In this document: piece after piece, positions 37,801 to 50,744 of the stretch
How the letters are laid out: each line of letters begins with the position of its first letter
Numbering within the stretch: position 1 is the stretch's first letter
Assembly (NCBI GenBank): GCA_973895155.1
Contig: OZ316893.1
Location: 17,142,645-17,206,644, forward strand
Origin: Marsupella aquatica
Taxonomy: Eukaryota; Plantae; Marchantiophyta
DNA length: 64,000 nucleotides
Direction: 5' to 3'
Made by a program: the position numbers and the translations under genes
Notes under the pieces: model-generated
What the model was told of the DNA's origin: nothing
The model's input: the letters and a program-made list of their open reading frames with translations, nothing else
Database searches by the model: none

Positions 37801-39320
37801 CCCGAATTTGAAGAAGCAGATTAATATGATCCAAGCACGGCAATACCAGAAGCTTGACTTAGGAGAAGGAAGGGAACTGAACTTAGGGCAGGACCTAGCA
37901 CCTGAGCTTGAGAAGGAGATCAGTGAATTACTGATTGAATTTCAGGATGTATTTGCATGGAGCCACCAAGACATGAAGGGAGTAGACCTAAAATTAGGAG
38001 AACACCGAATTGATCTAATGTTAGGGGCCAAATCGTTTCGACAACCAATTTGAAGGATGAACCCTAAGTATTCCCTGATGGTCAAAGCTAAAATCAACAA
38101 GCTAGTGGAAGTCGGATTCATCACTCCAGTCCTACACTCAGACTGGGTGTCTCCAATTGTGATAGTTCCCAAGAAAGCTGGACCCGATGGTAAACCCAAG
38201 ATCCAGGTTTGTCAGGATTACAGGAAGTTAATGAGGCTACGTTGAAAGATCATTTTCCTTTACACTTTACTGATATGGTACTAGACATGGTAGCCAGTCA
38301 TGAACTATACTCATTCATGGATGGGTACTCTAGTTATAACCAAATCAAGATTAGGCCGGAGGACCAAATCAAGACAGCCTTCATCACGGAATGGGGAATC
38401 TATGTCTTCAATCGTATGCCGTTCGGACTCTGTAACGCACCAGCTATGTTCCAAAGATTGATGGTGAGAAAGTTCATGGAAATCTTCATTGATGACTTTG
38501 CAATATTTGGGAAGGCATCAAAACATGCTAAATACCTCAGGAAGACCTTCATGAGATGCAGAGAGGTAGGTCTCAAGTTACACCCAGATAAGTGTTTTTT
38601 TGGAGTTACAGAAGGTGTACTGCTAGGTCACAAGGTATTGAAGAAGGGCATTGAGATTGACAAGGGTAAGCTAGCAGTATGGCTAGATATCATGCAACCT
38701 AAGAACATAAAGGATGTGAGATCCTTCTTGGGGTGCATTGGCTATTATCGGCGGTTCATCAAGGATTTTGCCAAGCTAGATTTACCACTAACCAACATGC
38801 TCAAGGCAGGCATAGATTTTGAACCCACACCAGAGCAAGTAACAACAGTGGTGGAATTAAAGCAAATGTTAGTTGATCGAGGCCCCAGTCATGATAGCAC
38901 CAGACTGGAACAAGGATTTTCATGTCTTTGGAGATGTCTCAAGCTTCTGTATCGGCTCAGTACTAAGTCAGTTGGATGAGAAAGGAAGGGACCATCCTAT
39001 ATACTTTGCAAGTTGCCAGCTTGCCAATGCCGAACAAAACTACTCCACCACAGAAAGAGAAGCATTAGGAGTCATTTATTCATGTAAAAAGTTTAGGCAT
39101 TATTTGCTAGAGTACAAGGTAATCTTTCATACTGATCACGAAAGTTTGAAGTACCTAGTAAACAAGCCGGACCTTACAGGCAGGGTAGCAAGATGGATAT
39201 TGCTATTACAGGAATTTGACTACAAGCTAAAAATCAAGTCGGGAAAGCTACACGCCAATGCCAACTTCTTTTCAAGGATCACAGGCAAACCCGCCACGGA
39301 TTGCATCAATGATAGATTCC
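34856..39320 (+). pseudogene. Element A gag-pol remainder: gag, zinc knuckles, protease, RT, RNase H (many stops and frameshifts, integrase absent)
   Basis: CYNCGQPGHFAREC, IDGRSGV and LLIGRPWL (protease), WVSPIVIVPKK, DGYSSYNQI, FIDDF, NYSTTEREAL, RVARWILLLQEFD. Confidence 0.9.
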
Positions 39321-39630
39321 AAATTGGCCCAAATCACCAAAGCCAAAGCCAAGATAGCCTTGGCCGTACAAGCCAGAGTCAAGAAGGATGCAGAGATCGC
39401 GCGGCTTTGGATGCAGATTGACAACTTAAAGGGACAAGCTATCATTTGGCATAAGCACGTGGAGGACGCTGATGCTCAAGCCCAGAGGGATGCGGCGGAG
39501 ATTGACGCCCTAAAGGCAGAGGTGGCACGGCTTCTACAAGAAGCCACTAAACAAGACCAACTGGTGGCGCAGCTGATGAGCGATACCAAGCAATTGGACG
39601 AGGTGTGCCAGGATGCCATGGAGGAGACGG
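39321..39630 (+). pseudogene. C-family accessory ORF fragment, continuing at 62253-62385 after element E
   Basis: EIARLWMQIDNLKGQAIIW...AEIDALKAEVARL matches the C-terminus of the 21800-23401 ORF. The frame resumes after E as DATKQENESLLDQVQLLKQD. Confidence 0.85.
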
Positions 39631-40479
39631 TGTCATGCCAAAAGATTTTGGCTCAGGAATGGCTTTTATAGGGGATGATGGGCGAGGCCTCCCGATTGGG
39701 TTGCGTGCATGCTGACTCGGAGGGGTTGCTTGGTTGGATGGATTGAGGTTTGGTGATTGGATGACTCGTCGTCACCAGGTTTGGTGTTTGGGTGAGTCAC
39801 CAGGCTTGGAGTTTGGATGAGCCTCGCTGATGGCAGCTGGCCCAGGCTGGATGGTTGGGTTTCCGATGCTACTTAAGACTTGAGCCTTGGCTCATTGAGG
39901 TTGGCAGTTGTCTATTGAGATCTGTTGAGTTGCGTTCTATGAGTTCTGCTCCGTTCTGTGGAACTCGACTGTTGTGTGGCGGTTTTAGAGTTATGGGCAA
40001 GTGTTGGATCCAGGTGTGGAGTTTTCAATCCAGGCGGGGATTTCTCAAGTTTGGAGTCTCGTCGATCCAGGCGGGGATTTCTCAAGTTTGGTGCCTCGTC
40101 GATCCAGGCGGGGATTTCTTGAGTTTGGAGCCTCGTTGGTCCAGGCCCGAGTTCCGTGTGAGCTGTTTTAGACTAGTGGAGTAGCTAGTCGAGTTTTGGT
40201 TTTGTGAGCTAAGGAGGATAGTTTTTCCGTCAGATTTTGAGTAGTTAGTCACTCAAGGAGTTCTACTCAACAAGTTAGAGGTAGCGGCCCGCCGTAGGGC
40301 CAGCTACCAGACTCTTGTGGGCAAGCTTACTCAAGGGCACCTATTGTAACCTTTGTGAGAAAAGTAAAAAAATATAAAGGAGTGAGAGTTTGCTCCAAAA
40401 AGTGCTTGTCGCCTGTCCCAATCGCAGCCAGAAACGCGCAGTTTGCCCGAGGAGCCCCTAACTTTAAGTCCTCGCGACA
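39631..40479 (+). repeat. 5' LTR of element E, with internal ~37-bp tandem repeats (ATCCAGGCGGGGATTTCTCAAGTTTGG) at ~40007-40145
   Basis: Direct repeat of 61399-62248 with scattered mismatches. Confidence 0.93.
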
Positions 40480-40520
40480 TTGGCGACCATATTGGGGAAT
40501 CCTTGGGGCAATTGGATGAG

Positions 40521-43165
40521 ATGGGTGACTATGACAAAGTCAATCGGATCTCGAGCATCATCATGTCGATGATGAGAACCATAAGGAAGGAAGAGCTTGA
40601 GGCGGAAAGGGCAAACAGGGAAGCGAATAGAACTTCTCGGTGTCTCCAAGAGGTTCTGAAGGAGAATGGGCAGTTCAATGGGAGAAATGTGACAAGCTAC
40701 CTTAAGTCTTACTTGACAGAAGCAGTTGTCTACAAGTTGGACGAAGGGACGACGGTGAAAGAGTTCATGGTGCTGGTTGAGAAGGAGTTGAGGTCGACGG
40801 TGCGGACCATCATTGAGTCAGTTGAGGGCTGGGATGCCTTCGACCAGAAGATGAAAGACGAGTTCCAAGCGGAGGATGCTGATCGGGTCACGCAGGCTAC
40901 CTTGTTGGATTGGGTGAATGACAGGAACAAGAAGCTGAAGGGGCCGCAAGAGCTCCTAAGGGAGTTCAAGAGAAGGGTGTCTCAGTTACCGAAGCGGGAT
41001 GTGGGAATCATCGAGTTGCAGCGCTTGACGCTCTTCTTGAGGGCAGCCGATGAGGACCTTCAAGAGGAGCTTGAGAATGCAATGGAGCTGCTAGAACCTT
41101 CAAGAGTTACCTTGTCTAACGACTGGAACCAAATTGAGAAAGCGGTGTCAAAAGTGAGCAATCGACATTGGTGGCGAGAGCTAGACAAGGAGGCTACCAC
41201 TCTCGATCTAAGGCCGCCAAAACCAATATTGAGGAAAGGGAAGCGAGAACCAGCAAAGGATGAGATCAAACCATCGGTGGATGATCTTGCGGAAATGATG
41301 CAGAACTTGAAGATCTTGGTGGCACATGCGGTCGAGAATCCAAAACCAAGGGTTGTGAGTGCTTCCGAAAGGAAGCAAGAGATGCAGAGTTGGCCATGCA
41401 TGTGGTGCGACAGCAAAGAGCATGACAAACGGGAGTGCCTAGACCCGAGGGAAGCTACGAATAAAGGGCTGATCAAGTTAATCGGTGAAGTTGGTCAAAA
41501 AAAGATATCGCTTGCCGATATTGAAGAGCCAATTCCATTCAACTCCAACAAGGGAGGCATGAAGGCTTTGGCTGAGAAGCGAGCTGGGAAGCAAGTCGAA
41601 GAGGCGTCCTCTTCGCACCTGGAAGCGAATGTTGACAATGTGGAGTTGGATGGCCCTGTGATGGAAACGGACAAGTTTTACAAGCGCTTGGTGGATCTGG
41701 TGCGAGAGAGATCCGGATGGAGTGACCCGGTGCTGATCAATGTGATAACGGTTGAGGTTGGGGCTAGTTGGGATGCCTCGGTCGAGTCAAAAAGGAAGAA
41801 AACCAATGAGGATGACACTCCGTCTCAATCAAGGGAACGAGAGAGGCGGGATACTCGAGACAAGGAAAAAAAGTTAGGTTCGAAGAAGAGGAAATGAGCA
41901 AGAAAGAGCCGGAGAAAGGGAAACCGATCAGGAAGGACGGCTGGGTGCTTGGCAGGGATGTGGACTAGGCCATGTACCCGGAGGTTGTAGCTGAGAAGTT
42001 CTGGAGCCAACAGGCTCAAGGGTTTACCAATGCCAAGTTCTTTGGCAGTATGAGGCGGGAGATCCAGGAAGCGATCTTGGAGAGATCCAAGAGGAAACGG
42101 ATTTACAAAGAGGGCCCTCACACCTTGATGGGGGAGGCTGGCGAGACGGAAATTGGGAGTTTCCAAACTTACACTGCTGGGGCGTCCATGGGTTCAAGTA
42201 GTAAGCCTGCTGGCCCCGAAGAGTCAGACTTGGGGAAACCAAAGAGGGTCAAGTCCCTTGAAGAGGAGCTCATGGACTTGGACGATGAGTTCTTCAATGC
42301 GGAAGAGGAGCTCATGGGAACCAAAAGCGAAGCTGAGTCTGTGGCAAACAGGGACCCGACTGAAGGGAAAGAGCGAGAAGGCATTACCGCGCAGTCGAGG
42401 ACCATTCATGTCATGGGCTCAATGAAAGGAAATGGTTATGCTTACCGAGATGGATACTGGGCTCGAGCAAGTCCAAAGAGCAAGTGCCAGTTGGAAGGAA
42501 TGGAAGGCAAGGTGCGGGCGCTCATTGATACTGGCTCGGAGATCAACTTGATGGATCCAAAGGTGTTTGAAAAGGGGAATTGGTCGGTGGATAATGAGTT
42601 GCTTTGGAGTGTGACCTCGGTGAGTTCAATGAAGGACTATCTTTGGGGCGGATGTCCAAATGTGATGGTGAAGTTCGGGAATGTCAAGCAGGCTTGTAAC
42701 ATTTTTGTTCATAAACACTTGTATCACTGAATGGAGGATGGAGACAAAGGTTTTGGATGATACTACCTTCATGGTGAAGGTTCGGAGCAAAGATGGGAAA
42801 GAGGTGGTTCAATTTCTGGTTGTTTTACCTGGAAACGAGAGGAATAGGAAAGGGTTGAGGACTGAGAGTGTCGACGCTGGTCCAGGTCCGGAAAACAACT
42901 TGGCACTTTGCTGAAAAGAGTGGATTGGCAGAGTGCTCATTCCTTAGCTCCTTGTGAAGGGGAAAACACGATGGATAATGGAGAGGATGAGCCACTCGAA
43001 TGTGCGGAGTCTAACTTGGGAAGGGACAAGTTGGAGAAGGAGTTACGAAGGCAGTACTCGTCTATGGCCGTGCTTGTATACTTGAGTACCAAATACAAGA
43101 CGGTCAACAAGAAGGTGAGGCCGGCGGCGATACCTTTGCCGAACGATGCGATGGAGGTTATGGAT
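40521..43165 (+). pseudogene. Element E gag and aspartic protease (disrupted)
   Basis: FNGRNVTSYL, CMWCDSKEHDKREC zinc knuckle, ALIDTGSEIN, KYKTVNKKVRP. pol continues at 45383-45643, 58078-58263 and 59411-61167. Confidence 0.88.
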
Positions 43166-45377
43166 TGTAATAGAGGGGTTAAGCCCTTAAGGATAGAAAA
43201 GTTATCTTATGTGAAAAAAATAGTTTTCAATGACCATGTTGAGGACCTTGAATGACTATTTAAGCATCTGTGAGTATATTAAGCTTGAATCATGCCAAGG
43301 TGCATATAAAGATGTTATGGTCCCTCATCCGACTCAATAGTGAAAGAGGAATAAAACCATAAATGGATTGGTATTGGGAAAATTTGATAGCGAGGAGAGA
43401 CCGGCTTCAAACCCTCAAGCAAAGGTTTAACTTTGGAATTGAGGTTCAACTTTTCACAAATTTGAGTTAGACGGCTAATTCTAAGGTGAATTAATCAGTG
43501 CATTTCAGCAACAAGTAGCTCAATCTTTTATCAAGGTTGTGTTACCCCACCTTCCAGTAGTTCATGGAAAAAATTACACCAACTAAGTGATGGAAATTGA
43601 GGAGTTATTCCATCCGGAATTTGAACCGGTTTCCATCCGGTTTTTGAGCCGGTTTTTGATCCGGTTTGGACATACCATCCGGTAGAAAAATTACCATAAC
43701 TCTCAAACCATTTATCCAAATCAAGATATGTAAAGTGTGTTGGAAAGCTCTTTCCGATGCGGTTAAGATATATATAAAGAAGTCTGAAAATGGACTCGAA
43801 ATGACCCACTTAATATTATGAGACTCCAACCGGTGCAACCAAGAGATATCCGAGATTTCCAGACAAATAATGGAATGAAGATTTTGAAGCGTTGTTTCCA
43901 CACCATTTGACCTTCAAGATGTCTGACTTTGGACCAATAGGAAGCATGATCCATGGCTAAAGACCTTAACCAATCAAAATGGTTGGATAAGTATGAAATG
44001 ATACTATGAAAAGATATACCCATTCATTGGAAAATGGAGAGACTCGATAGTCAAATTCTTATTACTCTGGCACTCCTACATTTTACTTACACCAATGGAC
44101 ATTATCTCAAGACCTCATTTTTGGAAACCTTTCACTTTGAAACCAAGAAATGTACTACTTGCTTCCTATTTTACTACTACCTTTGGAGGTATCACTTTCA
44201 TGCCAAACCCTCTCAACTCCATTGATCCAACAGTAGACTCCACATTGGTGCAGCCTGACACTTCAACTCCTGAAGAGTAAAAAGTTATTCCATCCGGAAG
44301 TTGAACCGGCTTCCCATCCGGTTTCCCACCCGGTTTTTGATCCGGTTTCGTGTTTGAAGCCCTATAAAACTTAGTATAGGAAGAATTAGACTTTGAATTT
44401 TTGCTGAGCACTTTATCTCATAGTCTAGTTTCAGACTTTAGCATTACTTTTTACTTTTACACTTAGGTTAGGAATTGAAGAGGCATACCTCTTCAACTTT
44501 TGTTTAGAAGGAGACTTGTCCCTAAGTATAAGAGGGAAAGTTTCCACCATTTTACTCAGACTTACATTGCACTTTTGAAAGTCTCCTTCTTTGAAGTGAA
44601 GTAATAGATTCATAATTTTGGTGATCTATGCTTTGTGTTTGGACATTAGTGTGTGACCATTCTTGCTAGAAAATCTATGGAAAGTGACTAGCAACGTCAT
44701 AGTTAACCTTTAGGCTGACTGGAAATGCATGCCTGAGACCATGCAAAGGTCTAAAGATTCATGTTGACTATGGAATACTTATGGCTTATTAAGTATTAGT
44801 GGAAGAAGCACCATACGAGAACTCACAAATTGCGTAGTCCTAAAAGAGCAATCTGAAGGATTGAATAGAAGAATAAGTTAGTTCGGAGTGATGAGTACCG
44901 CCTTGCTTTGACTTGGCCATAAAATTAATAAGGGCTATCTTATATACATCTTTTACAAATTCTTAGATGGTTGGCTTTAAGGATTAGCTTTAGGCATCAG
45001 CCTAATTTAGTCAGACTCTCTGTTGACTCTTAATCGTGCCTAACTTAGTCATAGATTGCTAAGTGGCGAGAGGAGATGAGACATTTAAGGCTCGCTTAAT
45101 CCTCTCTTTACGCCTCCGGCTTTTGGTTGTTTTGCTATAGTTTTAGAATTAATTATTGCATTGTTGATGATGCAAACATCACAATACCTGAGGATGTATT
45201 AAAACTCCTTCCACCTGACCTAAGCATGTCGATAAAGGCTTAAAATCTGAGATAGGTTAGCTTAACTATCTCAAAGTATATTAATACAATCTTTTAGGTC
45301 TCACAAGCTCTTAACGGGAATGAATTCTGGTTGTTTAAGAGGAAAGTAGTTCATATTTCCTTAAACCCTACTCTACA
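43166..45377. mobile_element. Solo LTR H (2212 bp)
   Basis: TGTA...TACA termini; TSD TGGAT at 43161-43165 and 45378-45382; its removal restores the pol frame (MEVMD|QARLEP). Duplicated CCGGTTT clusters at ~43610-43680 and ~44285-44350. Confidence 0.88.
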
Positions 45378-46041
45378 TGGATCAAGCAAGATTGGAACCA
45401 AGGCTGAGGCCAACTGATCGGATAGGGCATAAGTTTACTCAAGAGAGTTTGGCGAAGCTTAAGATTGGTTCGGATGGGTTACTTACGGAGGTGGAGCAAG
45501 TGGTATTTTGAAAGATGATAATGGAGCATGGCAAGGCATTCTCGTTTTCAATTGAGGAGATTGGTTGTGCAGATCCGAGTAAGGTGACACCGATGGTCAT
45601 CTTTACTGTCCCTCATGTTCCGTGGGATCTGAAACCAATTTCGCACTAGTAGAAATACCCCCTATTTTTTACCAAACCACTATTGACTACTGTGACAAGG
45701 TTATGGAAGTTTAGGGTGTTATCACTACATATGTCTTAAGTATCACTTCCACAAAGTTTCCACTCATTTGTTGCGACTCCTTTGCGATGTTGACTTTACC
45801 TACTCTTTTCAATCACTCATTCTTCAAGGTTCAAGGGACATTGTTCATGGTTCAAGGTTGTCCATGCACCTTTGAAGTTGGATGGGGGATACCACTTAAT
45901 TACAACATCCCATCATAAGGAAAATGGCAGGTCCACTATCTAAGCTGATTGTCTTAGTTTAGGGTTCTTATGTGAGTGAGTGCTACTCACCAATTGCCAA
46001 ACATTCAAGCTTTTTATGTGAGAAAACTTCAAATAGTAGAG

Positions 46042-46174
46042 GTACCCCCTTACATGAGCCCCTTACATGTCACTGGCTGAGTACCTTAGTACTCTCCACC
46101 CTTGTGCAGTACCCCCTTACATGAGCCCCTTACATGTCACTGGCTGAGAACCTTAGTACTCTCCACCCTTGTGC
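46042..46174. repeat. ~66-bp tandem duplication in the CACTA subterminal region
   Basis: GTACCCCCTTACATGAGCCCCTTACATGTCACTGGCTGAG...CCACCCTTGTGC twice; a longer imperfect duplication lies at ~46340-46515 and ~46602-46790. Confidence 0.85.
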
Positions 46175-48417
46175 GCGGGAGCAAATGTAGGGTCTTCGTC
46201 CGCAAAGAGGGTTTACAAAGGGGAGGGGAGGTGGAGCGAATGAGGTGACTCATTGAGAGGGGCGATCGATAGTCGATCGATCAAGGAGGGAATGAAGGTT
46301 TATGGAGAATATGGGATTCTTAGTGTGCAGTGTGTCGGGCTCTCTGTGATTTCAGGGAGGAGGAAGGGTTTGACACCACACTTGAAGCAACCTGACCACA
46401 TTCAATCGGGTGCTGGGTGCGTTTGCGAGTGCTCCTTGAAGGCATTGCGGGGGCATTGCGGGAAATTTTAGGGTCGGACGCCAAGTTCGTGGTGCGGGGG
46501 TCCATCTTCCGCCATTAGCTTTGTAAGTCTTTACCTCTTTGCCTTGCATAGCATTGGGAGATGAGAGGAGAGGAAGTGCTTCTTGCTCTTGCGGTCGAAG
46601 ACTCTCTGTGATTGAAGGGAGGAGGAAGGGTTTAGGGCCACACTTGAAGCGCAACGTGACCACAACCAACCAGGTGCTAAGTGCATCTACAAGTGCTCCC
46701 CGAAGGCATTGGAGGGGCATTGCGGGAAGACTAGCTTGGCGGGTCAAACGCAAAGTTGAAGGTGCGGGGGGGTCCATCTTCCGCCATTTGCTTGTTGGGT
46801 TGTTCTTCGGTCAAGAGGAGAATGAGCTAGAACAAAAACGCGCTGCGATATTGGAAGTGTCGGGTTTAGGGTGTCAACTTGTTTTCAAGACCGCTGATCT
46901 CTGGTGCAGCGTTGGGTGCGGCTGGTGTTCAGGTAGAGGTGAGAGGTCCCGTGCGACGCACTGTGGTGCTTCATTGTGCTTTGTTTGTACTCTGTTTGTT
47001 CATCTTAACTCTGGAAAATTAATGACAGCAAAAACTATGGTTCATATATAGAAGGTTGTCCCTATTCGAGACCTCTCTTGCTGAATTCTCACCTCACTCT
47101 CTCTCGTCCTCTCTCTCGGTCTCGCTCTTCCATCGTGTCTCGCTCTTCCATCGTGTCCGCTCTCTGTTGCAGATTTCTCTCTCTCGCGATCCTCAAGTAC
47201 GTGTCATCATCTCTCCCTCTCTTATGCACGCCCATCACTATAGCAATCTCATGTCGGGGTCGGCGTCAAACTTGGATTTCACTATGGAAATGTAGATGGG
47301 ATCACAGTATATTGTCGACACTTTCATTATGCTTCGGCTTGAATTGCTCTAATCTTATACACTAGTATTCTAGTGTGCAGAAGTGTTGTGCAAAACTAAG
47401 GTGGGGTGCGGGGGGTTTTTCTTTGCCTTTGCTGAGCTGCGATTTCAACTCAACGGTCCTGTCCTTAGTCGCTTAGTGCTTATTTGTGTCTTGCAACAAT
47501 TTTTCAGACCTGCGCGCCTGTAATGCTTGTACTTTCAGAATCGCAAACTTTAGAGTATACTCTTGTACTGTCAATGACTAAATTAGAAGTTATTACGCAC
47601 GCCTATATGCTTCACTTGTGTCTTTGGAGGCTTTCGGATTAGAGGTTGCACAAAGCATGGATGTCATAGCTACCCTAAACTTCAAATTTTCCTGCATGCA
47701 ATTCTACCTCTACATTCATGTTTCGGCAACAGGAAGAACGCAAAGGGAGCAGGTCACTCTTCCATTGACTACTTTGCCACTGTATGTATTCAATGTACAG
47801 GACATTAGTCAAATGTGATACTCTATAATGTACTCCTCCACGAACAACTAATGAGCCACAGAACTGGTGAGCCACACTCTGTCTATGGCACTTGCAGATC
47901 ATTTTTCCACCCGTTGGAGAGCTTTCTCTTTTGCCAAGCTAGGCACAAAGAAATCATTCCAGGGTTTTGTCAACTCCTGAGGTCTGTAATCACTCAGAGC
48001 CCTCTACATTGTCATTGCTTTGTCTGGGATTGGATTTTATGTATGGGGCGTCGATTGTATTCTACTGGCCTTCTTGCTGTGCTGAGCAATGTCCTGCTGT
48101 GGACTTTTGAATTCTTCTGCTGGTTCCCCCTATTTTCGTGGCCCCCAAAATTTATAAAAATTAATGTGTGAAAATGCTAGCCCAACAATTGCCCACCTTT
48201 AATGGCAAAAATCGTTCAATAATTGCCTATGTCCAATCTCAGAGTCCTAAACTTAAAATTTCCTCCATGCACACAACCCGTCTTGAATTTACAGCTTGAA
48301 ATTACAGTTTCTCAAATCTTTGGTATTAATTCATAGTTTTAGTTTCTCATTCCTTGCATGCTTCACTACGTCACTGACTCTGGCCATATTGTGTTGTTTT
48401 CTGTCGGGGTAGAAGTC

Positions 48418-49139
48418 ATGGCTCGTCCAAAATGGCCAGCACGCAGAGGCGGATCACAGGTGAGGCACCATTCCATGAGTAGACATCATCATTGGTCCAA
48501 TGCACAAATTCATCAGAAAGCCGCTCATGTTTGTGCCATTTGTGACGATGGAGGTGACCTGGTCATGTGTGATGGCCCCTGCCTGAGACAATTCCATGTC
48601 AAGTCCTGGTCCACTTATGCACCACAAAATACATGCCCTGGGGTTGGGCTCCAGGGGGACCATCGGGGTGCTTGGACCTGCTTTGATTGTGCCACTAATA
48701 TCAGCAAGTGTGCTCAATGTGGCACAAATGGCACTGTTGGGGGGGATCAACCAGAGCTACGGAAATGTCCTGACAGGTTTTGTGTTCGTTTTTTTTGTTT
48801 GACATGCCTGCCCCATGATAACTCTCTTTGCCCACTACATATTTGTCCTGCTTGTGGGGAGCCTGATGATGACTACTGGATAGACATGGTCCATTGTCCC
48901 AGATGTCCCACAGCCTGGCACCATGAGTGTTTACTAGCCCTTCAGGCAGAAGGGTATGCATGTGACCGCCAAATTTATTCCCACTCTGCACACGGGGTTG
49001 ATAGGTGGTTTTGTATTGCCACCTCCATACGATTGACCCTCATTTGCAGACCCCTATGAGAGACCATTTGACTTGGCTATTGCTGGATGACACCTCCAGC
49101 GCCAGCAACAAAACAAGTGGATCAGCACCAACAGGCTGA
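48418..49139 (+). CDS. EDM2-like composite PHD-finger protein carried by the CACTA (one frameshift near 49010)
   Basis: VCAICDDGGDLVMCDGPCLRQFH...CPLHICPACGE...CPRCPTAWHHECL; after the frameshift YCHLHTIDPHLQTPMRDH, similar to the motif that follows the PHDs in EDM2. Confidence 0.78.
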
Positions 49140-50022
49140 GCAAAATGAATCCAATATTTCACATCTCACATTTTGGACTTTTTAATGAAGTGGGCACCTC
49201 ATTGCACTGTCTACCATAGCTCAGAGACACCCTGCTACAGTGAGCTATCGATCGACTTTGTGACTGCATAGTAAATTTGGATTTTGCTTTTTCAGTTCAG
49301 CCATACATGGTTCTGTCCTTATACTTTTGTACACGATGACACCTCAAAAACTAAGTTAACTTATATTTTGAAGACTGATTAAGTTAATTGCAATTTCAAA
49401 GTTAGGGCCTGCATAAGGATGTCTGTGTTTTTTCCACTTTCAGTGTGTATGGTAAGAGACCATAACTGTGAAAGACTAAAGATTCCAAGCAGACTGTTGC
49501 CTGGAGTAAAACAACATGCATGCATTGGAGTATGAAAATACATATATAGCTACCATTATGTATTTGTTTTGGCTCTTAACAAAGGTCATCTTAAGTCGTG
49601 TGCCTGACCCATACATTTGTACTATTATAGATGTGACTGGAAATTGGACAGTTTAATGATATCATTCTCAGTCCCCACCACTGTCACATAAGATATAGGT
49701 ATTCGAATGTGAATTCAGGCTATATTCAGACAGGACAATATAAAAGGCCACATGTATACTGAAGCAGGCTGTCGTTCTACTTTCATCAATGTAATTACAT
49801 GAACACATGGTGAAAATAATTTGACTGAAGAGTATATGGTTTGTCCTATAACTCCGTGCTGGGATTTACTGCATGTACTGACTTTCGATCCTGTCATGTG
49901 GGCCACAATCATGGAGCTAGAGTGCACTTTGTGTCATAAGAGAGCATTGGGCTGAAGCATTGAGGGACAGGCAATTACGCGGGCACTGGTATTTCTCTAT
50001 TGGCTTTTATTACAGGAGGCAT

Positions 50023-50651
50023 CATGCCTTCCAAACGGAAGCGTGAACCTGTCCCCCTTCCACCTTCCCAGTGTGCTCCCATCTTCCAAGGGGTCAAAGT
50101 CTTTTTTGTCCCAGGTATTCAGAGTGCAAGATTGAATATCCTTAGGAGAAAACTCATTGAGCATCACGGTACAGAGACACAATGTCAACTACAAGACATT
50201 CAAGTCACCCATATTATTGCAAAAACATGGGAACATTGTCTGAAAATGGCATCTTGGTCGGTTTTTTATGACAAAGTCTTCTTGAGGCATGTCAAAGTAC
50301 TTTCAGCAGAATGGATGTCTGACTCCCTTAGAAAAGGGACTGTCCAAGATCCTGATGATTACAATTTGTTTGAGAGCAAGTACAACAGCGTCCAAATGAT
50401 GAAAGATAGTCGAGATTGGCACAAGGCTCGTAGAATTACAGGGAGAGGTGGGAGTAGGGTTCCGTCTATTGACCAGATCACAAAAGTATACAATAACATT
50501 ATCCCATATGAGACAGAACCCATCCCAGACCGTACAATGTTCAGAGGTGTGAGGGCTGTTATACTTGACAAGTCTATCAAGCCATATAGGGTCTGTCGTT
50601 TCAAGAGGGAGATCAGTAGAAGAGGTGGTACAGTGATTGAGAAGCTCACTA
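50023..50651 (+). CDS. BRCT-domain module (DNA polymerase lambda N-terminal type) plus the start of a second BRCT, carried by the CACTA
   Basis: MPSKRKR..IFQGVKVFFV..RLNILRRKL..VTHIIA..VLSAEWMSDSLRKG; second repeat MFRGVRAVIL..RRGGTVIEKLT ending at the donor A|GTGAGT. Confidence 0.72.
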
Positions 50652-50744
50652 GTGAGTATACACCGTGTCTGTGATATTTCCTTCATGAAACTTGCATGTG
50701 TCCCTCCATGTACTTAGAATATGCAATTGTATAAGCCTGTCTAG

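Larger units (their letters stand above)
24611..39320 (+). mobile_element. Element A: non-chromoviral Ty3/Gypsy (Athila/Tat-related); partial 5' LTR 24611-25105, PBS, gag-pol interrupted by solo LTR B and truncated after RNase H
   Basis: LTR end GCACCACA (25105), PBS-like TGGCGCTAGATGGAGGGG (25110-25127). gag 25175-25516 rejoins 34856 in frame (DPDKWLDDFEGTAAANG|ESAIKMKILPGLF). Confidence 0.85.

Noticed and set aside
40007-40145. ~37-bp repeats as a CRISPR array
   Set aside because: No spacers; present in both LTRs of element E as an internal tandem repeat.
43531-44613. ORFs within solo LTR H
   Set aside because: Short, overlapping and driven by CCGG repeats; no domain evidence, unlike the long ORFs in B and C.
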